From: Piedraia hortae CBS 480.64
Lineage: Eukaryota
Direction of reading: 5' to 3'
DNA: 64,000 nucleotides
Assembly (NCBI GenBank): GCA_010093745.1
Contig: MU005991.1
Coordinates: 1 to 64,000, forward strand
A program made the position numbers and the translations under genes. The notes under the pieces are model-generated. The model was not told the DNA's origin. It saw only the letters and a program-made list of their open reading frames with translations, and ran no database searches. Positions 24,405 to 37,538 of the stretch are shown one piece after another; positions within the stretch are counted from its first letter, which is position 1; each line of letters starts with the position of its first letter.

Positions 24405-25796
24405 TTATGACTTTACATATCTAAGCTGGGTTTTCGCCCCCTTCTGATAAAGGCCGCCGCACTTCACCCCTTCCTCCTTTGCCAGGATTCGGCATGACAA
24501 ACTCGTCGCTGCCGAGACTCGGCTTGCGATTTCGTGCGAGAAGGCTTCGCGGATTGCAGATGACTTGCCTCCATCCCGTGAGCATTGACACGCGGAACAG
24601 CAGGAAAAATGTCAGGAACGGAATTGTCTGATTCGCTGTTAGTATGAGTTCGCTTTTTGGTTCAGGGAGAAACTTGCAGAAGCCAGTATCAATGTGGCAA
24701 CGACCTGGGCTTGATTAAGACCCATCCCGGTAGCCTTGGCTAAACAAGCGTTTTTGTTTCCATGGTTCATCATGAGACATGAGGCAAATTCAATGTCTTT
24801 CTTCCGCACACCATGCAGCGCCGCCTCTGCCGCTCCCGTCTGCTGCGCAAAAACAATGGCGAAGTAAACGCTTTCGTTCATGATGATAAATGTTAGGATA
24901 ATTGTCCTCCACTGCATCAGTAGGACCTCCTTAATACGCGCCCACTCCAGCCTGTGACGGCGCTGCAAACTCTTCTTTTTAGTCTGCTGAATCTGTATGA
25001 AGCTTGTTGAAGTGGTGACTTCATTATCGAGTCTGTCCCTCGACACAACGCTCAGTGCAAACTTCCAGATGCAGTAGACGATTGTGAAGATAAGGATCAG
25101 CGTGCTGAGAGTCGAGAACACGATGACCCAGACAAACCATGTTGCGAAGGCTGATGTGCGACTTGGAATGCATACATCACCGAGTCGGTATGCCACGCCC
25201 GAGATGGGCAGGCAAATAGCGAGATAAAACGCCGGCAGCCCAATGCCCAGCGTCAGCGCAACCCACTTATACGCGATTGGTCGTTGAAAGTCAACTACAA
25301 TGCGCAACATAGTCCAGATGGACCGCAGCATGATCCAGACGACGCATCCCATCCACCCAAAGAGCAGAAGGCTACCTGTAAAGGCGCAACCAGTGTCCGT
25401 ATTCATGTTATTCGGTGTGATGTCGTCGTGACAGTAATTCGGATTTGTGCCCAGCGGGATTAGAAATGCAAGACTCATAATCGTTGCCGACACTGCGAGC
25501 GAGACGCTGAGGTAGTGCCTCATCGTTTTCTCCTCGGGCAAAATCCAGAATGTGAGTAAAAGCAGGACATTCAGCACGAATCCGCCGATGGAGAGATGGT
25601 CGGCTGTCGCGATCTGGCTGCCGATGTGATCGTCAAAGACCCAATCTGTCAGTGGACACGGCAGGCAACACGTCAAGTTCGCGTTCAACGGCTTGCAGAA
25701 GCGACTTGCCGTTTCGCCGCCGGTAGTCGGATAGCTCCTCACATTTAAAAATGGCGAGATGCATTCTGTTATATTGGCGAGTGCTGCTGTAGACAT
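24405..25796 (-). CDS. 7-TM G-protein-coupled receptor-like protein (GC-AG intron 24628-24677)
   Basis: CCLPCP ectodomain motif and multiple hydrophobic helices. Splicing GCAAGT..CTAAC..CAG completes the last helix (TIPFLTFFLLFR) and reads to TAA at 24405. Confidence 0.8.
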
Positions 25797-26442
25797 GACG
25801 ATATATTGCTGTTCGCTGCTGACAAGAGAGAAGAACGATACATTATGACTACTCGATATGAGACCCTTTCATTGTCTGGCCAGAATTATTCGGATGCAGT
25901 TAGGTTCGAGAAACTGTTGCTTTGTACTTTACTTTTCCCGGATTCAATAAGGCAGGCTGCGTTGGGAAAGACATAATGATCTACGCTACTTTGCAGGTCC
26001 AAATGGGGTATCAAACAGGGGTTCGATTCGACAGCTTATGTGATCTCGATTCGTTTTGAAAACGTTGTGGTAGATGAACAAGTAAATTGAAGTTGGTTGG
26101 TAGACCTGTTGAAATTTGGTGTCGGATGTTGGTTCGCCGGATGCGGTCAAACATGCGGGGCTCAAACGTGGTTGACTGTGGGGTTTTGATGTTAGGCGAT
26201 AGCTGTAATAAATGACCAAATTTCGCGAAGACTAGCATGACGTAAGCTGCATACATTATTATAATTGTGAGCAGATGTGTACCTGCATACAAATCTCTAC
26301 GGAAAACTAGTTGACGCGTGAAGTCGAGAGCCGAGCGACGGTTACTAATAATGCGCGTAATATACCGCATATTCACAACATACATCGCACTCCAGGCCAC
26401 AGCTTGACAAGATTGCAAACACTCGCAACGACCATAGGATCA

Positions 26443-27998
26443 ATGTTGTTGAAACTACCTTCAGAATTGCTGTTCAATGTAGTTGACTTTGTGGACGATG
26501 CCAATGACCTAAGAAATCTTGCCCGCGTCTGTAAACGCTGTCAAGCCGCTTCTGAGCCCAAGCTCTACGAGTTAATCTTTTTAAGAACGCCTGCGCAACT
26601 TCGCGGACTGCTTGCCTCACTCCGGGGCCAACCTGCTCGCGAAGAGGCAATCAAATCAGTTGACGCCCGCTTCCAAAGCTTTAATGATGATAACGCCTTC
26701 GACCTCCTGGGCCAATTGCTTGGGCAAACACCAAAACTAGGCAAGCTCATCATAGAAAGCCCGTACTGCCATGGCAGAGGACGATTCATCTCTGAGAGAG
26801 GTCCCGCAGACTGGTCAGACACCATTGACAGCTGGTTGGCCCCCTTGATCAGCTCCACTTTGCTCTCTAATGTATCTCATGCGATGCTCATCGAGCAGCC
26901 TCTCTTTACCCTTACGAAGCTCACTCTGCACCTGAGTGGCACCGAACGCGACTACTGTGTTTTTAGAGGCTGGTATGGCGCTATATTCGCCCATTCCACG
27001 TTGCAAGATCTCCAAATTTCAAATGTCATCCTTCCCGACGAAGTCTGTAGCAACGTCCGGTCTACTAAGACCCCCCTCAAGAACTTGACGTTGGCAGAGG
27101 TCAGTATTACCTCAAAAGCTCTTCACGACATCTTGTCATTCCCCCGTGCACTTGAGTCTTTCGAGCTAGGTAAGACCTGATACGACGATTGACTGACATT
27201 TCTAATCTCACAACAGTCGAAAATCAATACAGCTTCGAAGAACAGGAGCAGCCATACGAAGATCAGCAATACTGCGCCCTTACCGTGAGGGATCTTGGCC
27301 AGTTCATCAAATCCCTCCAGCAGCAGTGCGCATCTCTTCAAACTCTATGCTATGTCTCACAAGCGCAGGAACTGCCTGGGCCAGTAAAGACGGCTGTAGG
27401 CCTTGGAAATTTTGTCTCACTCAATAGGCTCATTCTCAACGACCATCCCCACGTCATCGACGCCATCTTTCTGCGCGGCTTTCCAATACCGCCCAAGCTG
27501 GCCTACATCAAGCTTTACGGATTGAGAGACGATCTCTTCTTTAAAGACGAATATTTATGGGCTGACAGCCCTAGGCCCTCCGAACTGAACATCATCACAG
27601 CGCTTGCTGCGACCATATCCTCCCTCTCTGAACTCAATGTCATGCTCCGGACGGACGATGAGTGGTATTCGGGCGATGATTCAGAGTGGGAAGAAACCAA
27701 GCAGGTTATGCGTGCCACGGGCGAGCTGCTGGTACAAAGGGGGTGCAGCTTCGCGTTGATATGGAGCCGCGAAGGGGGCCAGCACTGTCCCAAGCTTTTT
27801 GACGAGCCATCCCCTTTGGAAACAGTTACTTTCCGTCACTCGCCCAGCAAAGGCGTCGAATTTGATTTTCTGTCCGATGGACCATCTAGCGCATATGAGA
27901 CGGACGGTACCAGTGGGGGTGAGTATGAGCAATTTGGCTGGAGCTCAGCGGAGGAGGATTATGACGACGATTTCGAAGACAATGATGACCTGGACTAA
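26443..27998 (+). CDS. F-box protein with an LRR-like body and acidic tail (intron about 27170-27216)
   Basis: LLKLPSELLFNVV..DLRNLARVCKR..EPKLY F-box. GTAAGA..CTAAT..CAG joins the two ORFs. Confidence 0.8.
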
Positions 27999-29084
27999 GG
28001 CCAAGATTCGATAGCACCGTCAGGAGAAACAAACACAGCTCGTAAAGGTACACAATGGGCATTCGCTCCCATTGGAAGTCATTGCCAAGGCATACTGCCT
28101 ATTTGACAGCATGCTCACGGTCAGATATGGGTGTACAGGCCAGCTACATAGCTTACCACCAGGTTTGCCACGTGGATTGCAGTCCCAGGCCGTAAAAGAT
28201 GAGTCCTCCAAAACAAGCAGAGGAACAACCAGCGAGCTGTTGGCCAAAGAAGACTCTCTAAGGACAATAGCACGGCGTGGATTTTGACAATGTGATGGTT
28301 GCTGATTTGCCCGTTCCCGCGCCAATTGATGGCTAGCCAGACGAGGAGGCGGCTCAGGGCGTTCAGTGAAACTGGATCCTCGTTCCCAGATTTCCTCTTG
28401 CAAAGACATCTGTCTGGCTGTTATGACTTCTGTAGCATGATTACCTTGCTCTTCCCGTAGTGAAGCTATGGTACCAAAATCTGATTGAATATCGAAGCAG
28501 ACAGCATCTCTCGCAAAACGGAATTACAGAGCGCGAGGTGGGCTGAACTCCAGCATCCCACGTGGAGAATATCAAGCCTCCTGTTGAGCATTACCTAACT
28601 CGGTGGGCCAAGCTGACGGGTCACGTTTGGGGCTGATTCAAACAGCCAAGACCTGCTCCAAATTCCTGAGCCACCGTAATAAACCTTTCCGAAGGGCTGC
28701 ACGCTCCAACCCGCTTTGCAAGCCTTGTCATATTGGCATCCAGACGACGAAGCTCGTAAGGCGTATTAGCGAACACAGTTTTTCAGGTCTTGGTGGTTCG
28801 CCTAAACTCACAAGACACTCTGTGGAGGACACACTACCCATTCACCAGCCAGATTTACAGGGCCCGACATTTCCTACACCTATTGTAAGCCATTTGGCCT
28901 TATCTGGCGCCAATCCAAGGTCCCAAGAGCAAATGCCGAGCGTCGGTGACAACGTCGTCTACAGGGTCTGACTTGGCCACCTCAGCTGGAGTCGAGGACC
29001 TTATCGAGTTTCAGCTCATCTTCGAGGAGACACAACTAGACCTGGACGGTCAGTGCAATATAATGAGGATCATGCGGTAATTAA

Positions 29085-29220
29085 GACAATGTTAAAACGT
29101 ATCGACATCAATCGACATTGGCTTAAGCAAGAAGTCCAGCGGCAGACGACTCAAGTGGAACAATTGCCATCATCAAACCAAGTGGCCGATGGGCTGACCA
29201 TGCCACTGCCACGACAGGAG
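29085..29220 (+). mobile_element. Ty1/copia RNase H C-terminal fragment
   Basis: KRIDINRHWLKQEV..LPSSNQVADGLTMPLPR resembles the copia KHIDI..ADGLTK motif. Confidence 0.75.
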
Positions 29221-29640
29221 CTTTTTGAGCTTCTCAAGAGCTCAGTTTTGGACTCCAAGATGGAGGGGTTGGTGTTTCCTCCGGTAGATTGCTCGGAATT
29301 CGAGAACCTGGCAACTGAGCCGGGTTGGAGCTGCAATCACTGCAGCTTTGTCTGCGTAGACTTTGACAAAATTGGGTGTATCATGCTAGTCTCCACGGCT
29401 CAGATGAGGCTCCTATGCTGCACTGCGACTTGGAGGGCAGTGGTAAAGCGCAACAGATTGCCGTGGCACCGGGCAATGTTCTCACTTTTTGTCAAGGGAG
29501 GCTCAGGAACGCCAATGTCAACCGACTGCTAAACGGTAATGTAGAGAAACTCGAGCTTTTGCGTGCAGAGAAACCACACGCCAAGGTTTCGCCATGGCTC
29601 GAGTTCATGGAATGGCTAAAATATTTCGATGGATTGGAGA
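29220..29640 (+). pseudogene. DUF3505-like zinc-finger fragment, frameshifted
   Basis: FPPVD..GWSCNHCSFVC followed by a shifted HASLH..SPWLEFMEWLKYF. Homologous to 55320-55520. Confidence 0.45.
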
Positions 29641-32638
29641 ATCTGTATCGCGTGCAAATGGACACCAAAGCGGTCTTCCTGAATCCCGTACTGGGTATCG
29701 ACCTGTGCATGGAGATGTCAGATGGATTTAGACAGCCTGGCAAGGTCGTTTATCTCCAAGAGAGCCTCGATGGCCTCAAATGTTCGGCGGTCTTGTGGTG
29801 TGAGCACCGGAGGATGACGCTGGCCAAGATGGGCTACAGGCGCACCCATTCAGGTGCCTGCCTACAGATGCTGCCTGACATCGATAGGCCTAGGCTTCCC
29901 GTTACGCAGCCAGAAACTTGTGTCCTCATCTTCTACGGCTAGTTGATTGACATGTTTCAGCGGTGCCATCACCCCAGAGATCCCATGATTTATTATCCCA
30001 AGCTTCCGTGGAAATGCAACTGAGAAACGCTCTCACCTCTGGGTGGCGGTCACCCTCTGGATCGCGGCGATTGTCATCATTAACCTGGCTGCCGCCAGCA
30101 AGATCTTCGCCTCGGAGAGGAATGTCGTGCTGGAATTCGACGGCAAGGATGTCCTATTGAGACTGGTAAGAGGCATTGCAAGACCACTCTCATGGAACAC
30201 ATCATGAATGTAACGCACCATGGAAGCCACTGTCAGTAATGATTTCATCCTGTCGGGTCGGATGTGCAGACACGACGCGCTGCACAATGAAGACTGCGAT
30301 GAGGGTTCGAAACAATACTGTTTGAAGAAGAAATCTCACAGCTCGTGAGGAAGTCCTGCCGTACGCTGCACCTGCGCAGGTTGATGCCACTAGACTCCCT
30401 TCTCCAATGTAGGGAAATCCGGTGGGCTCGCCATCCGAATCAGCAGGTGTATCGGGGCAGCCGGCGCAAATGGCGTTGAGAGACCAGGTGGCATCGGCCC
30501 TTGGTCAGGATCCTATACAAGGAAAAACCCTGTATATCAAACGCTCGAAGAGCATAGCAAAAAGGACAACGGATTAATAGAGTCATATTTGGAATTGCCT
30601 GAACAAAGAAGCTCCTTGTATATGATGAACAGTAGAGAATAATAATTCGAGCAACTTAATCTTCGGAATGATTATGCTAAGCAACAACTATCTTCCATCA
30701 AATTTATCGTGGAGTAGGGACAGGTTCCAACGCATGCCAGCATTGCTTTGCTGGCACAGAAGTCCTTGCGAAAGCAGGAGGACATACTTGTTAAGTTTTG
30801 GGCAATGGACAATCGCCTCAATGCTCTAGAGGACACCTTCAAGGATGAGACGCAAATTGTTAAGGCCAAGGCGGTAAGAGTTCTGTTTAAGTCCAGATAT
30901 TCGTTGCTAATCACCCTTCATAGATGGGCCTACCAGTCTTGCAGAGGATCCTCCACTGGCAGTCATACAAGCCAGAACTCTGGAGGAACCACTACTCGGT
31001 CGCGGTTAGGACTTCTCATCTCTCATTGTAATGTCTCATCTGATTGCTTAATTTAAGCCATCCTGGTCGAGAAGGGAGGGTCCTCGACAATGGTCCGAGT
31101 GACCGCGTCGTGGATTCCCTGGTGAGGCTTAGGCAGGAGGAGCTCTCCAATTTCAAGACCCTCCTGCAGTCCCTGCCGCAAGAGAACTGCATCCTCGGGA
31201 TCGTCCAGCATCTGGCCAGCGATACCGGCCTGAAGCCTGGCAGGTACCGCCAGAAGTGGCACCTGTCGCCACCAGATGGCTTACTATACTACGTAATGCA
31301 AAGACTGACAATAGCTTGTGGCACTTCAAGGACCACCAGACGCCAACAGCCGATCTCTTCCGCAAGCCGACAAACTTTTTGCGAATGCCCACGCTGGGTT
31401 CGTCATCCTTTCCGCCGGGCAGACAGATTGCCTGGGTAGAGACCGTCTGGCCCAGTGGGGCGGACGTAGCAGGGGAGAATAACGGCGCTGGATTTTCGGC
31501 CGTTGAGGGCGGCTCGGTAGACGATCTCCGTCTCCCGCTCGGTCGCTGCGTTCCTCACTTACTGTGCCCGAAGACTGCTCGACTCACAGCCTGTATCAAA
31601 CCCCGACAGAAAGTAGATCGGGGAGCATATCTCAACAGCGCTGGGAATTGGCACAGTGCAATTTAAATACGGGATGAAGTGTGGGAGATATTCCAGGAGA
31701 AAAAGGGTATATACAGTCCTGGAGACTGTGTCCTACGAACACGGCAGCGAAAGTCGAAGAGTGAAGCTTACTACGATAGGCCAAGCTCTGTAGAATGATG
31801 CCATTCTAGGAACACGTACAGCTTGATCTCTCTTGGCAGCATTCGTTAGGGTGGACATTGTAGGTATTTAGTTCTCGTGGGTGAGAGTGCACAGCGACCC
31901 GAAGAGGGCGGAGCGATAGACGGAAACAGGGACAGGAAAGATGTAGATGTGTGTAAGTCAAAATACCAGTTGCAGCATGGTAGTGTGAATGACTATTTTC
32001 AATAAGGGGACGTTCAGAATGAAAATTCTGTTCCGGTGGGCCGGTGACGTCACGTCGTACACTAGCGGGGCGTATTCACCATGTCACATATGACATGACC
32101 CTGAGGGAAAACCTCTGTGAGGCAAAAACCTAGGGTGCAGCTGGTAGTGTAGGAGGTATCGCTGACTTGCTATGCAAGTGCCCTGCATACGCGCTAGCGG
32201 CGATGCTTGAATCCAACAGACATACGGTTTGAGCAGGTTTCTAGATCTTGAGTTGTGGTGCCGGGACGAGGAACGAGCGCATAACAGTCTATGATTGGCA
32301 TGGCACTCTTTGGCCAGAATGAATATCTACACCGAAGAGAAGGGCCAGGTATAGATAGAAATTGGGAATAGGTACTTATTATTCTAGATAAACAACAACA
32401 ACTCAACTGATCGTGCGCTCCATCAACTAATCCTATTAACTCTCGAAGATGCCGTCTTCAAGCGGCTAACACAGAATAAGCCGCCGAATTTCGCAACATT
32501 TGGATCCGTTTCACCAAATCCTCATCACGTGGTGGTGTCCGATCCTGAGATTTGCAAGCTTTGCTCCAGCTTCTCGCTATAGAATAGTTCTCCAGATTTT
32601 CGGCTTTTGCCTTCAAATCTTCAATCTCCGCCTTCAAC

Positions 32639-33349
32639 ATGCCCGGAGATCCCAGCTTCCTCGCCGCACTCGCCGTTGAAATCCCTACCCTTGCAAAAGT
32701 CGTTGCAAACTTCCCACATGGGAACCGCTTTTTCGATAGGAGAAGTGAGGCATACCAGGGTTGGGAGAGAGTTAAAAGTGCTATTCGCCGAACGGCGCAA
32801 AGTTATAAAGAGCGCAGATGTTCGCCGTATGTTTATTGGTTCGATGATTTGCGACGGAGTTCGTACGGGTTCTGGGAGGATGTTCCTTATTCTTTTCAGA
32901 TTCTGATTATCCGTGAGCGTGATGGGACAGATATCTGGGACGAGATAGATAGGGAGAGGGATAGAGTTTTGCGTGTGGATGGATGGTTGCCCGTATATTA
33001 TAGCGATGATAGCAATGGCGATGATTATGATGATGACGATAATGATTGGATCTTCGACTTGACGTATGAATTCATAGGGGATGTCTCCGAAGATGATGAT
33101 GAATTGATTGTGGATGAGCCTGAGGAAGATGAATTCGAAGAAGATTATACTGAAGAAGATGAATTTAAAGAAGACGAGCTTGAAGATGATGGTACCGAAG
33201 AAACCGAGTTTGAAGAAGACGAGCCCGAAGAACTCGAGTCTGAACAAGATGATTCAGATAAAACCGATGAGGACATGGACATGCAAGACGACACTAAGGA
33301 ATCTGACTACGACTTTAATTCCAGCGACCTGGAAGATAAGATCCATTAG
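32639..33349 (+). CDS. Orphan protein with a very acidic C-terminal half
   Basis: 236-codon ATG-started ORF with D/E-rich repeats (EEDEF, EEDEPEE). No family recognised. Confidence 0.55.
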   Translation: MPGDPSFLAALAVEIPTLAKVVANFPHGNRFFDRRSEAYQGWERVKSAIRRTAQSYKERRCSPYVYWFDDLRRSSYGFWEDVPYSFQILIIRERDGTDIWDEIDRERDRVLRVDGWLPVYYSDDSNGDDYDDDDNDWIFDLTYEFIGDVSEDDDELIVDEPEEDEFEEDYTEEDEFKEDELEDDGTEETEFEEDEPEELESEQDDSDKTDEDMDMQDDTKESDYDFNSSDLEDKIH

Positions 33350-33661
33350 CCATTACTTCCAAGAATTATTAGTCGATGCTCTGCGCCCAAGCCTGACTGA
33401 TTTTGAGTCGACCAAGCTTTCGGAGACGGGCGGAGAGATTACAACATTAGTTTGCTCTTTATGGCATAAAAGTTATAATTCCTGCCATTCACTGCCTTAC
33501 AGACATACGCTCGGAGGACGGGTAACCCAATTGAACATGTATTCAGACTACTAGTTTGATTCCGTCGTAGTCACATAATACCCCAAGTAGCCTTATCTGC
33601 GAAAGCAAATCATAAAATTACAACCACAACCGCCCAAAAACCCCCCCTACCAACCCTCTTA

Positions 33662-35017
33662 TCAATACTCCCCCGGCCAAACCTCATCCGCCACACTTCT
33701 CACCAACCTCAACTTTTCAACCATATCCCCCCACCCCAGCGCATTCCCCTCCTCATGCGACGCGAATCCACACTGGGGACTCACCCCCATCCTCTTAAGC
33801 GCAGCATCCCTACCCTCCCCACTCTTCGCCACAAATTCCGCAGCCTCCCTAACCCTCCTCACCATCTCCCCCTTCCCCTCCAACGTGGGAAACTTACTAC
33901 TCACTACCCCGAGCACCACATTCTTATCCCTCGGGAGCTCCTTAAGCGGTTCAAACCCCCCCGCTCGTTCGGTATCATATTCAAGGTAGAATGTATCGAC
34001 GTTAAGGTTCTGGAATAGTCTCGTCGCGATACGGTCGTACCCACCCTCGGAGAAGTGTCTCGACCCAACGAAGTTGCCACGGCAAAGGTGGATTCCCACG
34101 TGCATGTCCCTGGGTTTGGAGAGGAGGCAGGCATTGTAGAGGCCTATGTAGGAGTTGAAGACTTCATCGGGGGTGTGCGTGTTTGCTGAGTCGAGGGGCC
34201 AGGAGTGGAGCATTTTTTCGGAGCAGAAATCTGGGAGGGGGGTGTTAGTTGATATATTCTTCGGGTGTGGGGGTCTCAGTGAGTACATCCTTATGGAGGG
34301 AAGATGTCCGTCCGAGGGGAGGAGGGTACAGGTATACATACACGCAAGATTCGGATCATCAATCTGCACGTTCCTCAAGCCCGCGTCGTAGAGGATAGAT
34401 AGCTCAGTCCGATACGCAGCAGCGATATCTGAGAAATATTCCGCATCATTTTTGTAGACATCCGAGGGGTATGCTTTGCCCTCGCGGTAGCGGAGATGAT
34501 ACCATGTTGGTGCTGCGAGGGTTAACTTGATCCCCTCCCTCCAACCCTCCGGGACGATTGAGCGGAGGAATGTGTATTGGTCAATGTAGCTTGATTTCCC
34601 CGTGTGCGAGATTTTGCCCGTGCAGATTACGGTTTCGCCCGGCACGGCGTCTTCTTCGAGGAAGGCGGCAACGTCGGGGGCATAAGGACGAAAAATTTCG
34701 CGGGGGGGGTTGGTGATTTGAGTCATGCCGTTTAGGGAAGGAAAAAAGGTCCCCCAGAACATGTGTCGGCCGTATTCGCCATCCGTGATGCCGTGGAAGT
34801 TGAGGTCGATTTGGAGTTGGGTCGCTTCGCGAATGCTGGATTGTTCGATTGCTGGGAGATCTGAGATGGGCGCTGTGCCGTTGTGAATTGCACGGCGGAT
34901 TTGAAGGAGTTTCTCCGGGCGGAGGAGGGAGCCTAGGTGTTCGGCTCTGGGTAATGGTTAGATAGGGGTGGGTGGTTTGCGATGGACGGACCTGTAGGGT
35001 GGGCTTCGGAAGGACAT
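33662..35017 (-). CDS. Cobalamin-independent methionine synthase II-like protein (catalytic barrel only; introns 34947-34991 and 34231-34341)
   Basis: Spliced PPYRAEHLGSLLRP, TDGEYGR, VQIDDP, zinc ligands HLCRGN, LEYD and SPQCGFAS. Confidence 0.92.
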
Positions 35018-35403
35018 TGTGTTGTCGAGAGTGAGTGAGGTCTGTCGGTGAGTGAGGGGAAGCTGGTTTGCAAGATTACCCTCCATGACGTGATGTGGCT
35101 GCGAGAGGTGAGATATATGCAGGGACCTGCAGATGCATGCGAAGAATTGTGTGCAGCGCGCTCCGGGCTTATTGGCTTTTGCGCATCGAAGGGCTGTTTA
35201 GTTAATTGGTCTGGAAACACAGGTGCTTGAGTCCGCACACAGCCAGCGTGCAGGTGGCCTGTTCAGTACCTTGATGATGCATTTGGGCAAGATATGAAGA
35301 ATACTTAGAGAATGTACTGGTTTCTCTGACTTCAGGTTGCTATCTCGTGATCCTATTAGAGTGTCTTACACTGCTGATCCCTGTGACAGTTGCAATTAGA
35401 CCA

Positions 35404-36750
35404 TTAACATTTCTGTGCTATATCTTTTTCCACCATCTGGCGGCATTGTTGTCCCAAGACTTGCAGCTGGTCTTTGAGGTCATACCGTTGTTCATTGCCA
35501 TCAGAAGTCAATTCCTTCAATCTTTCGTCGTTGTCTTTCAATTGCGCCTCCAAAGACTTTTTTGTGAGTTTCAAAGTGCTTTCATAGTCGTCAATGATGA
35601 TGCGGAATTTTTCGTCATAGTAAGCCACTATTCTCTGGATCTCTTCCTCAAGCCAAGCATCGTCTTCCCTGTGAACCCCTGAAACTGTGGGAAGCTTGTT
35701 ATCGCCAGCCTCGTCCTGCCTTTCCCCGGCATCAGTACTACCTAGCCCCGCCACTGGTTCAGAATAGTTCGATTTCAATGGAGATATCGCTCGTCTCTTG
35801 CTAAGCGTTGGGCAAATAAAATCTTGGCCAACTTCCACATGGTCTTTCACAGAATCCACGTTCAGCGGCTGGAACGGAAGATTCACAATACGGCGTTGGA
35901 GGGTGAGGTAAAAGCCCCGATATATATGGCGCATTATGGCAACTGCCTTGCTATTCCCACACGCTGAGCCTCCATAACAAGGTTTCATGTCATCGTCCAG
36001 GCGAGTGTGGAGAATTGGGTCACGATAATAGCCAGTTTGCTTCCCAACTTCATATTTCACGAAAAAATGTCCATAGATGATGAATTGATGGGCGTCGTGT
36101 GCCATGCTGAAGCACAGAATTCGGCCTTGAAAATTATCGAGGGCCTCGGGACTGGCAACCTGGTACAGCTGATAGATGGAGTCGATCATGATGGCTCCTT
36201 TTGAAGACGCATGGTCATTACTATCTAAGCAGGTTGATGTATGGTTCACAAACGAAAAAAAAGGAAAGTACAGCTTGTCGTTCTGCTCACCTTTTGTAAA
36301 AATAGCGAGTCTGTGTTTGTTATAAAGGCTCAGTCGATCCAGCTGCTCGCGATTAAAAGCCGGTGCAGTTATACTACAGGTGATATTCTGCTCCCCCTCG
36401 GCTGTGTTTTCACTCGCTCAGATGGTTCCTAGTTGTACCGTCATGTTGTACTCTCTCGACTCTTCGTCTTTGACTGCGTCGTGAAGAGGCGGCACGAGGA
36501 TCGTAAACAAACCACTAGCAAGCCCCTGGTCGAATTCACAGACATATCGATTCTTAAATTTCCCCCAGTCGTCGAAGGTCTTCAAGGCCGGGACTGGGAC
36601 ATGCTCTATACTGTTAAATTCCCGCAACCTCCTCAAGTCTTCCTCGATCAAATGCCCAACGTCACCTGGTAAGCTGGTGTAGCACTTGCAGTACTCTTCA
36701 GCGTAAGTTGCGACATTGCTCTCCGCATGCGAGTGCTTTCGAGGGTACAT
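35404..36750 (-). pseudogene. Fungal hypothetical protein (DUF7924-like) interrupted by an in-frame TGA at 36418-36420
   Basis: ORFs 36418-36750 and 35404-36249 share one frame and the gap is open. AFNREQLDRL, YFPFF and FSMAHD..IYGHF resemble the family; coiled-coil tail. Confidence 0.55.
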
Positions 36751-37538
36751 GAGCTCCCTCGTCCTAGGCTGCTCTCAAATCAAAAAGTCCTGTTGGGTGT
36801 AGATGATAATGTTTGAGCGCGTACGCGGATATCGTTCTAACACGGCTTGGGCCGGCATGGCGATCAACCACTTGGACTTTGAAGACATTTTCCTGAGTCA
36901 TCGAACAATTGCAAAGACTCTTAGGCTTGAGCGAAGCGTCCAGTCCGACTATTGGGAGAGGCTTTGAAGTTGAAATGATGCCATTCAATTGCGTGGGTCA
37001 GGTGGCGTCAACACCGTCATCACAAAGTTAACGGTCTCAGGGCTCAATTCCCCTATCATACTTCCTTACTTTGAAGATGTTAGAGTTTACGACTCCTCGA
37101 AGACTGATCCACTCCTCTGTTCCCATGGAAGAATTGAGACGCGAGCATGAGTACAACTGTTGCTACGCATCACAAAAGAAGAGCGTGCGTTAACCGTCGT
37201 CATCGACCCTCGTGTCATTTAGTACCTTAGTTGGACAATTCTATCCCTAGGAGATCATTATCCCATCTCATATACCTTGCAGTGCATGAATGTATGTATG
37301 GGAAAGAAGAGCAGAATGGAAGTCATGAATTCTCCGATCTCGCCAGCTGGTTAGGCGAATTACATCAAAGAACCCAACCGGTCCGTGCGATACACGTTCA
37401 TCTCATTGGCCAGGCATCAAGCCACGCTTAGCTAACAGTGTTTGCCTTCACCATAGTAGCCATGCCAGCCACACGCGACGACGAATTAACCTTTCAACCA
37501 TCCCTGCAGGACGCAACATCATTCCCTCATTGAAAACA

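Noticed and set aside
29960..31800. Short ORFs suggesting another transposase or gene relic
   Set aside because: No motif I can assign with confidence.
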